A stretch of DNA of 64,000 bases from a virus, in the IMG/VR virus record IMGVR_UViG_3300037504_000213, positions 1 through 64,000 of that record; one strand, 5' to 3'. The notes beneath the pieces were generated by a model that saw only the letters and a list, made by a program, of their open reading frames with translations, did not search any database and was not told where the DNA came from. Made by a program: the position numbers and the translations under genes. Shown one piece after another: positions 9,473 to 19,609 of this stretch (the first letter of the stretch is position 1; every line of letters begins with the position of its first letter).

Positions 9473-12400
9473 CTTATACCCAAGCCTCCTCTACCGCCAG
9501 CGCCACTTGGGGTGCTAACCATTGATGGCAGCACCTCATCAACATATACCTCTCTCGCTTGCTCTTTAACAACCTCGCCCTCAAGCTCTATAACATTGTT
9601 TATTCTAGTCTTGGCTTTCATGTACCACGGTGCCGTTGTTTGTGCGCTTGATTGAGACATGGCTGTTGACGGCGAACGTGCTGGAGGCGCAACACCACCA
9701 CCAAACACGCCAGAGCCAAACCCAGGCGACCGCGTGTTGGTCATTCTTCTGTTGCCACCAGTTATTGTCATGCCCATTCCAGTAGCCATGTTTGCTAATG
9801 TGGAGTATCTTTGCTGAAGCATGGTTTGCATCATTATAGTTGTCTTATTAATTTCTCCAGCAACCGCAGCCCTTTCCAAGCCGTATTGATCAAGAAGTTG
9901 TTGGATATAGAGGTTGTGCTGGTTTTTCATTGTGGTTTCAACGTCATCCCACTTATCAAGCTCAGCCTGTATGAGTTTGTTTTTGTTGTCCTCAGCTTTT
10001 TCAATAGACTTCTGGTATTTGGAGGCAATGTCCTCAAGCGCCTTGTTGTAATCGGCAAGTGTGTCTTGTTTAGATTGATTGAATTTCCTTAAGGCATCTG
10101 CACGAGCCTGATCGTATACTCTGAGTTGATCTGTTACAGCATCCCTGAAGTCTTGTTGCGCGTCCTGGTTTGCCCTCTTTTGGTCAAGATATGCGTCTTC
10201 TATAGCACGCTTTGTTTCAACTCTCAGTTCTTCTAATGACGCAGCCTGCTCTGTTGCCCTTGCCTCAGCAGCACCTTCTCTGGCAAGCATCTCCGCTTCG
10301 TTTGCTCTGTCAAGTGCGTCTTGCAATGCCAACGCATCTCGCTCTCGTATTGCGTCATCCCTGTCTTTCGCATAATCGCGCCATATGTCACGAAGCTCTT
10401 TTTGAAGATCATTGTTGATGTCACGAATGCGCTCTGACGAACGTAGCTCAATGTCCTCCTCTTTTCTTACCCTGTCTGTCTCAATATCCTCAAGCTCTCT
10501 TGCCAAATCCTGCGCGTTATCACGGCGTTTTCTTCGTAGGTCTATGCCAAGTTCTCCAACACCCGCGGAGACACCAGATAACGAAATGTTGTTTAATGCT
10601 GCTTCGACGTCTCCAATTTGTCTAATAGTATCCAGCTTTATCTCGTTGACACGCCTGCCATAGTCCTTGGCAAGCTCACCCATCTTTTCTTGATAAGTGT
10701 CAAGTGCTGCTATCTCGTCCTCAAGTTTTTTGCTATCGAGTTTTTCTATTTCTGTGTTGTAGTCGTCTATGATTTTTTCGATGTTGCCTGATATTTCTTC
10801 CTGAGCATCGCCAATTTCCTTGGCAAGTATTTCCATTTTGCTTGAAAGGGCTTCAGAAAACGCCTTCTGTTGATTTATTGCGGCTGTTTCTTTTTGAGCA
10901 GCGGCCTTGGCTTGTTCTGCTGCTTCCTCTGACTGCTTCCAGAGGTTATATGCCTGCTCAATGTTTTGATATTCTCGTTCGGTTACTTGGTTAAGGCCCG
11001 CCATGCCAGCAAAACCTTGAAGACCAAACTGAGACTCTGTACCCCTAGCTCTCAACACCTCTTTCCTGAACGCAAGTTCTGCTTCCAGCGCCTTGCGTCT
11101 CTCGTCTGTTAGGTTTTTGTTCTTCTCAAGTTCGGTTTCAATAATCTTTACACGTTTTTCTGCGGCATTTACTTGCTCTTTTGTTAGAGCGGCATCCGCT
11201 TCTCCTGGTTGATAGAACTCAAGCTCATTGCCAAGTGCAAACCTCGCCCGCTTGATTTCTTCAATAGTCGTTCTGTCAATACCAAGACTAGAAAGAAGCT
11301 GCTCAAATGGGTCAAGTTCAATCAAGCCAAGTTCCTTCATGGCGTTAAGTTCGCCGTAAATGCCCTCAAGCTCTTCTTGCAACTTGGCGAGTTCTTGCTG
11401 CTTGGCGGTTAATTCGTCAAATACATTGCCAATATTTAAAACGCCCTCGTCTGTTTGCTCTACCAAAACCTTACCAGCCCGAAGCGCCTCGTTAAGTGCA
11501 AGTTGGCTTTTCTCATTCTCTGTAAGCTGGCGGCCAATCTTGGCCTCCATATCGGCTATGGCTTCTCTGTTGATCAAGCCCTGACCAGCAATGTTGTCTA
11601 GCCTTTGCGTTGAACCTGTGATAATACCATCTATAAGGTCTTCGAATTGTTTGCCATATTCAATACCTTGGGCACCAGCGGTTACAAGCGCGGTTTTGAT
11701 TAAGTCTGGCAGCGCTTCGCCCAAATTGCCAGACATGTCACTCATCAGCGCCTTGGTGGCCTTGCCAACAAGTTCTGTCTCATCTATAAGTCCTCCAGCT
11801 GCATCCTTTATGTCATCCAGAAGCCTGACTGGGTTGTCTACACCACGTTGGGCTGCTAGGTTCAAAAAAGCCTGTTCGGAACGTTGAAGCTGTGCAAACC
11901 CTTGGCCAGCTTCTATGGTTGACTCTTTCCATTCTTTGTGGCCTTCTGCAACATTAACAAGAGCTTCGCGCAACGTCCCAAGAACACCAAGAACACCAGT
12001 CACAGCAAACGACAGCTTTCCCAAGCGTTCCATCCACGAGTCTGACCCATCCCTTACGTTGTCTATGGCATTCTTGGCAACCCTAGTGGCTTTGGCAAGA
12101 TCATATGTGCCCTTTACCATTTCTGGCAACGCCTTGTTGTGCCCCTGTCTGCCCAAAAACCCAATGAGGGTTCTCATAGTGTCGCCTGCATCTTGCCTTG
12201 CCTTATTGGCTCTTTCTTCTGTTCTTGCAAGTTCAACGTTGCGCTGTGCAGCCTCGACACTCGCCTTCGCCCTGTTGTATGTGAAATCCTCAAGTTTCTT
12301 TTCTGCCCACAGTCTTAATCTTACTATAATGTTCGCTTCTTTTTCGGATTCAATTGTTTTTTTGTTTACACTCAGGAATGCTTCTTGTGACGCATTTCTG

Positions 12401-13947
12401 GCTGCCTGTCGTTTTCGCATAGCGTCGTCTAATTTGGATTGCTCCTCATCTAGTTTCTTTTTTGCTTTTGCTACTTTTATAGACTCTTCCATGCCAAAAG
12501 CGACGCGGAGTTCCATCTCCTCTTGTTCTGTTGCTGTTTTAATAAGTTCTTGCCGTGCGGCGTTAGTGAGACCAGTTTTAATACCGAGTTCTTCCTGCCT
12601 GTTTGCTACAAGCTGATCTGCTTCAGCAACAGCGCGTTGGTAATTCAGCAGCGCGTCTAGCTGTTTTGTTGTGAGCTGTCTGCCCTTCACGAGTCCATCA
12701 ATAGCTTGAATTTGTTCTTCAAGCCTCTGCTTTCCGACTTTCCTAACTTCATTTATATCGTACTCGCCGTTGATATAATTTGATATTGCAGTCTGTGCAT
12801 CGCGATACATTGAAACAAGGCCAGCTGTAGAAGCAACAATTTCACTAGCAATTACATTTCCTATATTCGATGCGGCTTCTGATATATTTTGAACCTGCTG
12901 TTCTCCGATAATAGCTGATGCTATTTTTGGAGCAACAGAACTAGTAACAAAATTAGCTATATCACTAAATGCGCCCTTATATATCTTGGCGGTGTTTTTA
13001 ATTACATCTACTCCCAGGCCAAGTGCGGTTGGCGTAATGGTACCAACTGCTTCGCCTAGTGCCCCGCCAGTTTGCATATCTTGCAATCTTCTAAGCCTGA
13101 GTTCCGTTAATCGTTCTTCTTCTCTTGCAAGGCCAAATTCAGCACCACGGGCGCGTTCTTGTGCTTTTTGTCCCTGATAGGCTCTGTAGGTTCTGCCAGC
13201 GCCCATTAACGCGCCCATTGCAAGACCAGCACCACCAGCGATAGGGGCAATGCCGCCAGCAGCGGCAAAGGCACCAGTCGCAAAGCCTGCGGCAGATATT
13301 GCTGGCGTAGCAGTGGCAGCAGCGACCATTATTCTTCTGCGTTTTTCAAAGCCCTCTGCAAGTGCATCTGTGTTCTCTTCAAGGCCAAAAAGAAGCTGAT
13401 CAAACCTTTCAAGCATAACAGCGTTGACGACAGATTCGTTAAACGCAGACCACACGTCAGCGCGCCTTATCAGAAGGTCAATTTGTTTTTCAATAGCATT
13501 TGAGCCTCCCTTTATCATTTGTATTTCTTTTCGTAGTTCTAGTTCTCGCTCTTTTGCGGCAGAACGTTGGGCTTGACGCTGCGTTTTGCGCTCATGCTCG
13601 GCCTTCCTGTTAATTTCCCTTTGTTTTTCGGTTAGTCTTGTTTCCTCGGCAGTTAACTTGACACGCTTCGTGACCTCTTTAGATCGCTCCTCACCAGCTT
13701 TTGATCTTACGGTTCTGAGCATTTGCTCTGTGAGCTTTTTCTCTTCGTCTGTAAGCTGCTGGATGCCACGCTGCATTTGTCTCAACATTGGTTCAGCTTC
13801 GTGCTGGAATGCCTTAAAGAACGCCTCAACACTGTTGATTGACGTTCTGGCCTCGCTCTTGATCTGATCGATTTCAACGCTTATTCGATTAAGCGAGTTG
13901 CTTACATCTTCAAGTTGTCTCGCTACATCACGCGGCGTATCTGCCAT
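9469..13947 (-). CDS. Tape measure protein
   Basis: 1492 aa, helical/coiled-coil, with hydrophobic Ala/Gly segments; canonical position. Confidence 0.85.
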   Translation of the reverse strand: MADTPRDVARQLEDVSNSLNRISVEIDQIKSEARTSINSVEAFFKAFQHEAEPMLRQMQRGIQQLTDEEKKLTEQMLRTVRSKAGEERSKEVTKRVKLTAEETRLTEKQREINRKAEHERKTQRQAQRSAAKERELELRKEIQMIKGGSNAIEKQIDLLIRRADVWSAFNESVVNAVMLERFDQLLFGLEENTDALAEGFEKRRRIMVAAATATPAISAAGFATGAFAAAGGIAPIAGGAGLAMGALMGAGRTYRAYQGQKAQERARGAEFGLAREEERLTELRLRRLQDMQTGGALGEAVGTITPTALGLGVDVIKNTAKIYKGAFSDIANFVTSSVAPKIASAIIGEQQVQNISEAASNIGNVIASEIVASTAGLVSMYRDAQTAISNYINGEYDINEVRKVGKQRLEEQIQAIDGLVKGRQLTTKQLDALLNYQRAVAEADQLVANRQEELGIKTGLTNAARQELIKTATEQEEMELRVAFGMEESIKVAKAKKKLDEEQSKLDDAMRKRQAARNASQEAFLSVNKKTIESEKEANIIVRLRLWAEKKLEDFTYNRAKASVEAAQRNVELARTEERANKARQDAGDTMRTLIGFLGRQGHNKALPEMVKGTYDLAKATRVAKNAIDNVRDGSDSWMERLGKLSFAVTGVLGVLGTLREALVNVAEGHKEWKESTIEAGQGFAQLQRSEQAFLNLAAQRGVDNPVRLLDDIKDAAGGLIDETELVGKATKALMSDMSGNLGEALPDLIKTALVTAGAQGIEYGKQFEDLIDGIITGSTQRLDNIAGQGLINREAIADMEAKIGRQLTENEKSQLALNEALRAGKVLVEQTDEGVLNIGNVFDELTAKQQELAKLQEELEGIYGELNAMKELGLIELDPFEQLLSSLGIDRTTIEEIKRARFALGNELEFYQPGEADAALTKEQVNAAEKRVKIIETELEKNKNLTDERRKALEAELAFRKEVLRARGTESQFGLQGFAGMAGLNQVTEREYQNIEQAYNLWKQSEEAAEQAKAAAQKETAAINQQKAFSEALSSKMEILAKEIGDAQEEISGNIEKIIDDYNTEIEKLDSKKLEDEIAALDTYQEKMGELAKDYGRRVNEIKLDTIRQIGDVEAALNNISLSGVSAGVGELGIDLRRKRRDNAQDLARELEDIETDRVRKEEDIELRSSERIRDINNDLQKELRDIWRDYAKDRDDAIRERDALALQDALDRANEAEMLAREGAAEARATEQAASLEELRVETKRAIEDAYLDQKRANQDAQQDFRDAVTDQLRVYDQARADALRKFNQSKQDTLADYNKALEDIASKYQKSIEKAEDNKNKLIQAELDKWDDVETTMKNQHNLYIQQLLDQYGLERAAVAGEINKTTIMMQTMLQQRYSTLANMATGMGMTITGGNRRMTNTRSPGFGSGVFGGGVAPPARSPSTAMSQSSAQTTAPWYMKAKTRINNVIELEGEVVKEQAREVYVDEVLPSMVSTPSGAGGRGGLGIR

Positions 13948-14191
13948 AACGCTTCATTTCCTCTACCATATGCTTGGTTAATTCCATTGCGGCATTGAAG
14001 GACTGCATGTTTTGCATTCTAAAATTAGTCGCTTGCTTGCCTTCCATCTTGTTGTATGTGTCCATAAAATCATAAGCATCAAGATATTCTCTAACACGAA
14101 GCAAGCGGTTGAGGTCGCCATAATCCATTTCTGTATACTCTACTACAGATGGCGTGACGTTCAACCGCTCTCTTCTAAACAATTTTGTCAC
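13928..14191 (-). CDS. Tail assembly chaperone, downstream (T-like) frame
   Basis: Lies in the -1 frame relative to 14239-14682 and stays open across that gene's stop codon. Confidence 0.55.
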   Translation of the reverse strand: MTKLFRRERLNVTPSVVEYTEMDYGDLNRLLRVREYLDAYDFMDTYNKMEGKQATNFRMQNMQSFNAAMELTKHMVEEMKRYGRYAA

Positions 14192-14238
14192 ACAGAATGG
14201 TTGCCTACCGCCTTGATATAGATAGGCACCTATCTGCG

Positions 14239-14682
14239 CTATTTCGTAGGGTCCAAGCTCGTGGCTTTTTCCTTGGCATCGTTATAGCATTCTGTAAACC
14301 AAGACGACATCCCAATTGAGTTATACTCGTTCTCAAATGTCATGCCCCAGAAGCCATCATCAATATCTTTATATGCCTTTTGCTTGTGGGGATATGGCGG
14401 TTCTGGCCATTCTTCATCAAATCCGTCAGTAATGTGCCACGCAGCTACATTCCGAAGCCTAACGGCATTCATATCACGCATGAGCCTGTCTGCCATGTCT
14501 CTTGGAAGATCAACCTCTTCTCTGCTCTTCCCCTGCTCTTCGCAGAGGTGCACCACCTCGGCGTCATATCTCTCATACACATCACGTATGGCTTCTTCGT
14601 CTCGTGTAAGCCACGGACCCCTAAAATCAATCCAGTTGTCTTCGTGACCCTCTAACGGGCACTCATAATGATATTTGTTCAT
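14239..14682 (-). CDS. Tail assembly chaperone (G-like)
   Basis: Between tail tube and TMP; acidic; ends DPTK. Confidence 0.6.
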   Translation of the reverse strand: MNKYHYECPLEGHEDNWIDFRGPWLTRDEEAIRDVYERYDAEVVHLCEEQGKSREEVDLPRDMADRLMRDMNAVRLRNVAAWHITDGFDEEWPEPPYPHKQKAYKDIDDGFWGMTFENEYNSIGMSSWFTECYNDAKEKATSLDPTK

Positions 14683-15131
14683 TAGACTGTCACCGCGCCT
14701 GTTGTAACAGAACCATCAAAAATGTTGAGCGTCGCAGTCATCTTTACCATTTCCTGACCAGGAATGTCGAACGACATGTCTGTAACAATCATGGATGCAG
14801 ACCACAACGGATAAGAGGCAAGACAACCAGCTGGAGCAAGCTGTACCAGAAATGATGTTTCTTCGTCATAATAATGTTTGATTGCGCAAGCGGCGTTGGA
14901 TGCCGTAAGACCAACCCAAAACCCGTTGATGTCAATGGAAAATTCCTTGAGGCCAGACGAAGAGTACGAGCGTGTTGTGTCACACATTCGTGTGGTCTCT
15001 GGAACCTCTCTCGTGAAGTTAGCTGTGATCTGTTCAAGGTCACAGCTAAACTTGGTTAACGTACCGTCGCCAGCAATATCGTCGAAAAGCAGAACAGCAT
15101 TTCGACCGTGTGCTTCTATATTTCCTGCCAT
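14682..15131 (-). CDS. Major tail tube protein
   Basis: 149 aa; ETT...R.Y..GLKEFSIDINGFW pattern typical of siphoviral tube proteins; strong SD. Confidence 0.7.
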   Translation of the reverse strand: MAGNIEAHGRNAVLLFDDIAGDGTLTKFSCDLEQITANFTREVPETTRMCDTTRSYSSSGLKEFSIDINGFWVGLTASNAACAIKHYYDEETSFLVQLAPAGCLASYPLWSASMIVTDMSFDIPGQEMVKMTATLNIFDGSVTTGAVTV

Positions 15132-15189
15132 AAATAACTCCTTGTCTGATAGCTATCATCGCTATCAAGATGTGACAAGGGGTTGTGGG

Positions 15190-15651
15190 TCAACAATTTC
15201 CGCTTGGTATCCCAGACTGCACAACATCAACGCCAACATAAATATCGGCCCATCTCCTGGATTTGTAGGCCAGGCCGCTTTTCAGGTCTCTCTTTGTCAC
15301 CCTGACATTTTGCACATGTATATTGTCTGATGCGGCGTATCCAAGCTGTTGATTTGCCAATATGGAAGAGGCGGCAGCATGTGCAGCGTCATAAAGATTG
15401 CCTAGCGTGCCCACTGCATCCCTGGCGCTCTGTACACCTATCGTGATGGTAATTGGGATAGATAGCTCAAACGCTCCACCTGTACGTATAATGGAATAAT
15501 CCCATCCCCCATCTGGTGACACAAAAAGCGCGCAACCGCTGTTTAAACTGAACACCTGTGCGTTGCAAGCACTGATTTGATATTGGTCAAATTCTGGGGC
15601 CGCTACCATCGTTTCAACGACTTTAACAATAATTTCTTCTGGTGATTTCAT
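15190..15651 (-). CDS. Tail terminator/completion protein
   Basis: Size and position upstream of the tail tube. Confidence 0.5.
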   Translation of the reverse strand: MKSPEEIIVKVVETMVAAPEFDQYQISACNAQVFSLNSGCALFVSPDGGWDYSIIRTGGAFELSIPITITIGVQSARDAVGTLGNLYDAAHAAASSILANQQLGYAASDNIHVQNVRVTKRDLKSGLAYKSRRWADIYVGVDVVQSGIPSGNC

Positions 15652-16280
15652 AAATCAATGTCCAAATCCAAGTTTTCTGTCCAATCCTTTGCCAACATGC
15701 CTGAAAAATCCTTGGCCAATGACACAAAAACATTATCTTCAGCAATATCGTCTTTAAATGGATAGGCATAAACGCCTCTCTCTTTAATCTTTCTCCATAT
15801 CGGAAACGCTGGCAAGCTCCTTGCGTCAGCCCATAACATAATGGGCGTCCAAGGCAGGTTTGGTATTGGATCAGTCCCGAACTCAAGGTTGGCGGCTGCC
15901 AGAAACTCTTTCCCGCCAGAATTGTAATAATACAAGTCACTGTACACCGTCATGCGATTTCCATCAATAACGTACTGCCAGCTTTTGGAAAGCTCTCCAG
16001 TGTAGTAGTGATCTTCGTTGGCAATGAAGTCTTGTATCTCGCTGATTATTGCGTCTCCAACCTTTTCAAGGAAAGACTCTGCCAATTGCTCTGGAACCAT
16101 TGAGGCCACCGTGACAAGAAATTGCATCTCGTCAGTGGCCTCAATTGTCAGCAAATCTTCTTCTGATGGCAAATCTGGTCGAAGGCTTGCTATCATTTCC
16201 TTAATCTTAGATTTTAGGTCATTTACCCAATTCTCAAGCCTGTCCGCAAGGCCAGTTATTCCATTAAACAGTTTTTGCAA
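15648..16280 (-). CDS. HK97 gp10-like neck/tail-completion protein
   Basis: YTGELSKSW...LEFGT...YPF motifs. Confidence 0.6.
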   Translation of the reverse strand: MQKLFNGITGLADRLENWVNDLKSKIKEMIASLRPDLPSEEDLLTIEATDEMQFLVTVASMVPEQLAESFLEKVGDAIISEIQDFIANEDHYYTGELSKSWQYVIDGNRMTVYSDLYYYNSGGKEFLAAANLEFGTDPIPNLPWTPIMLWADARSLPAFPIWRKIKERGVYAYPFKDDIAEDNVFVSLAKDFSGMLAKDWTENLDLDIDL

Positions 16281-17625
16281 TCTCCCTTATAAGCTGCGCA
16301 ACGTTTTTTGCCCCACTGCCAGTGCCCTGATCCATTCTTCTCACAAAGTCTGCCATGTCTTTTCTGTAGTCGTATTCACTTGTAATGTGAATACGAATAG
16401 CTTCCGCAATATCATCGACATTCATATCTACATCCATTGGGTACTGCGTGCCGTAAACCTCATCTTTGTACTCATCAGCGTAGATGAGGGGAACGCCATC
16501 CAACACAGCTGCTTCTGTAGCAGAATTTGTGGCTGTGCACGATATGAGCAGCGACGCACTTGCAAGGACATTGCGGTATTCATCAAAGTCTGTAATAATA
16601 CGAAGATCTAGCGATTTGAATGGTTCAACGTGTTCTTGCACATGAGCCTCGCTTGGGTGTGGCTTGTACACCACAACAACTTGCTTATCTGTGCTTTCTG
16701 CAAACTTTTTTACCGCCTCGGCTATTGTAGACATCCATCTGGTCACAACGCCAAAGCCATGCTGGCCAGCGTGAGCCTGTTCTTCTGTGCCAATAACTGT
16801 GAGTACAATGGCGTCAAGGGGAAGATCAAGTACACGTCGTGCCATATCGCGTGATATGGCGTCTGCGGCTTGCCACATTTCATCAAAATGAGGGTTGCCA
16901 GTTACGATATACTGGCACTCATCGTTCCCGCGTTCTCTGTACCAATCAACATGATGCTGTCCTCCACAGCACAGGTGTGTAGCAAATGTGATGTCATGTA
17001 CGTCTGGCTCATTTGGGTCAAACTGCCTGTAGTGATTGGCATGAGGGATGTGAATGACATTTTCGCCAAGATGATTCAACATCATAGCCGTTGGTCTGGC
17101 ACGTGCTGTTACATCCTCCCATGTCAAGAATCCTACAAAGTTATCAATGCGTTGCGACACCCACCAAGCTCTGAACATATCTCTTGCAGCCTCAATGACA
17201 TTTCCCAAAAGAAGGGCATCTTCTGGCACATGATGTTTGGCAATTTTATCAAGAAACGTTCGGCTGGCGTCATGTATATATTTCCCAAGTTCGACCTTGG
17301 GAAGCTCCATGTTCACCACATGGTATCCACCTCTCGTCATGTATTTGCTAATATCATCGGATATTGGCAAAAAGAAAAAGTCATCCTTCAGGTGTGGAAG
17401 CACTGGCAGTACCGTATGCCTGCCACCAACGTGAACCATAATTAATGGCTTCTCTAGTGAAATTGTGTCTTGTGAGGGCGGTTTAGTGCGAATTTTTTCA
17501 TGCGCCCAAGGCAGCATTGCGTATTCCAACGCCACGTTGAGATCTACCCCGTCCACCATGCACCCCTGCCATTTAAAGGCTGTGTCGAGGGCTAAGTGGT
17601 GCAACTCACGATTCTTGTCTGTCAT
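16264..17625 (-). CDS. GT-B glycosyltransferase, sialyl/nonulosonyl-transferase-like
   Basis: VTGNPHFD, VVYKPHPSE (HP motif), SATEAAVLDGVP C-terminal GT-B signature. Confidence 0.6.
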   Translation of the reverse strand: MTDKNRELHHLALDTAFKWQGCMVDGVDLNVALEYAMLPWAHEKIRTKPPSQDTISLEKPLIMVHVGGRHTVLPVLPHLKDDFFFLPISDDISKYMTRGGYHVVNMELPKVELGKYIHDASRTFLDKIAKHHVPEDALLLGNVIEAARDMFRAWWVSQRIDNFVGFLTWEDVTARARPTAMMLNHLGENVIHIPHANHYRQFDPNEPDVHDITFATHLCCGGQHHVDWYRERGNDECQYIVTGNPHFDEMWQAADAISRDMARRVLDLPLDAIVLTVIGTEEQAHAGQHGFGVVTRWMSTIAEAVKKFAESTDKQVVVVYKPHPSEAHVQEHVEPFKSLDLRIITDFDEYRNVLASASLLISCTATNSATEAAVLDGVPLIYADEYKDEVYGTQYPMDVDMNVDDIAEAIRIHITSEYDYRKDMADFVRRMDQGTGSGAKNVAQLIREIAKTV

Positions 17626-19027
17626 TAAACATCTCCTGGTATGTGCTTGTAGCTGGTGCAGATGGAAGCTGGCGTGTTTGCTTAACTTTCATGGCATTTA
17701 CAGCAAACGCTATGTAACGATGTTGATTGGCAAATGCTGTAAGATTTTGCCTTGCATGCCTCATTGCGCCTAGCATTTTTTCCTTCTCCGCACTTAGGTT
17801 ATCAATAACCTGTCTTAACTTATTATACCATGCAGATTGTGTATTTTCAACTAAATGACCAAACGAGTTTGCCATTAGCTTGGGTGCTGCACTTGGGATG
17901 TAGCTGTCCTTATCCTGGTATGGCGCGCCGTTTGTTGCAATAAATGGTACACCAGCCATCATGTATTCCAGAACCTTAATCCACGATCTGTGCTCATCAT
18001 ACGAATAGCCAAAGTCATCTATTGGTTCAAGCTCAAGTGGCGCAATACCAACGTCAAACGTAGACACAACCAGTGGCCATGTGTAGCTGTTTACATAACC
18101 CTGGTGAATAATACGATCCTTTGGTACGTTGCCAAGTGGACCATCAATAATTCTTGTGTCGCCACCGCAAATCTTAATCATAACATTGTCTGTCTCTTCA
18201 ATTATTTGCTCAAGCGCTGGCACAATGTTGCTCAGATAAAAGCTGTCAAGGTGACCAGAGCTTCCACCCCATCCAATGATGATCTGGCGTTCGCTTCCAT
18301 CTCTTTCAGCTACATCAAATCGTCTTTGATCTGCCAAATGAGACACTGCATTAACGAATGATCTTGCTGGCATATTGCCCCACGATGGAAGATAGGCAGA
18401 TATGTTGTCCTGCATAAGCTGGTGCATCACATCTGCATCTATTGGCCTATTGTGCGGTTCGAACATAACGTCTGGCGCGCCGATTTGTTTTTGTCTAACG
18501 GTTCTATATGATCGCGGGTCTGCAAAGTTTGGAAGATGAAATACTGGCAGTGTTGCATCAAATCTCTTCCAAGATTCCAACAAAACCTTCGATGGTGAAA
18601 CGACACCGTCGCTGTGATTTACGACACCTTCTATTAGACCTTCAACAGTGTCGTACGGCAATCCAGATCTGCCCTTGACCCAGTACTGGTGCGCTGGGTT
18701 AATCGGCGGCAGGGCAGTGTAGTGATCATCCAAATCTACCAAGACAACCTGCCCGCGCAGCCTAAAACGATCCATTGCCTCCATAATGGATTTATCAAAG
18801 ACGTTTCTTTCCATAATGATAATATCGGCAGTTCCGATCAGCCTGTCAACTTCTGGGTCTCTCCAACGCGCTGCCGAGTTTAGGTGAATAACCTGAGCTT
18901 CAAGGATGTTGCCACCACCAGTTATGTTTATGCTGTCTGCTGGTGTTCTGGATCTCCACTGAGAGACATTGGCGTTTCTAATATCATCAGCATACAAAAA
19001 CATTAACTTCAACTTGTTCTCTTGCAT
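17606..19027 (-). CDS. Glycosyltransferase (GT4-like, phage type)
   Basis: WRSRTP, VDLDD, IGWGGSSGH, DVGIAPLE, SWIKVLEYMMAGVPFIAT. Confidence 0.8.
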   Translation of the reverse strand: MQENKLKLMFLYADDIRNANVSQWRSRTPADSINITGGGNILEAQVIHLNSAARWRDPEVDRLIGTADIIIMERNVFDKSIMEAMDRFRLRGQVVLVDLDDHYTALPPINPAHQYWVKGRSGLPYDTVEGLIEGVVNHSDGVVSPSKVLLESWKRFDATLPVFHLPNFADPRSYRTVRQKQIGAPDVMFEPHNRPIDADVMHQLMQDNISAYLPSWGNMPARSFVNAVSHLADQRRFDVAERDGSERQIIIGWGGSSGHLDSFYLSNIVPALEQIIEETDNVMIKICGGDTRIIDGPLGNVPKDRIIHQGYVNSYTWPLVVSTFDVGIAPLELEPIDDFGYSYDEHRSWIKVLEYMMAGVPFIATNGAPYQDKDSYIPSAAPKLMANSFGHLVENTQSAWYNKLRQVIDNLSAEKEKMLGAMRHARQNLTAFANQHRYIAFAVNAMKVKQTRQLPSAPATSTYQEMFNDRQES

Positions 19028-19057
19028 GTTTCCTCCGAATCAAATAAGTCCGACCTA

Positions 19058-19086
19058 ATTATAGATCGGACTTAATATTATGTCAA
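19058..19086 (-). promoter_or_regulatory. Perfect sigma70/sigmaA promoter for the glycosyltransferase pair
   Basis: TTGACA-17 nt-TATAAT; overlapped by inverted repeat TAAGTCCGA/TCGGACTTA. Confidence 0.8.
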
Positions 19087-19096
19087 TACCAATATA

Positions 19097-19603
19097 TTAA
19101 TTGTAGTCGAACTGATCTTTCCTAAACGAAGGCTGCACAAGATCTGAGTCGTCAAGAAGCTCTTCTTTGTCGGTTTTGCTTTGTCCAGTTATCTTGACAT
19201 GTGTGTTATAAGTAAGGCCAAGCTCACTGAGTTTTGAGCACTTTAACATATCCAGGTTTTCAAGATACTCTTTTCGTCTCAACTCCCCCCTGGTTCTTTC
19301 CTCTATGGAGATCGTTGCAGATATTTGCCTATCCTCTGCTCTCCATGCGGCATACAGCGCGCTTGTGATAGTCAGGAATGGATAAAATGCTATGTCACTT
19401 CCGACTGGAACCGTATATCCGCGTGTCGCTAAAACAGCATTTATTTGCTGATCTGCGACATTCAACCATGTGTTTACAACGGTCAGTGAAGGATTAGTGT
19501 CACTGGCAAAATTACTTGCGCCAGTGCCACCATAGTCGGCGTCCGTAAATATGACTCCTTCTCCGACTATGGCAGCAACATCAGAGGCGGATGCGTACGA
19601 CAT
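19097..19603 (-). CDS. Head-tail adaptor (Mu gp36-like)
   Basis: MSYASASDV start, INAVLATRGYTVP; directly after the capsid gene. Confidence 0.65.
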   Translation of the reverse strand: MSYASASDVAAIVGEGVIFTDADYGGTGASNFASDTNPSLTVVNTWLNVADQQINAVLATRGYTVPVGSDIAFYPFLTITSALYAAWRAEDRQISATISIEERTRGELRRKEYLENLDMLKCSKLSELGLTYNTHVKITGQSKTDKEELLDDSDLVQPSFRKDQFDYN

Positions 19604-19609
19604 TAAATA

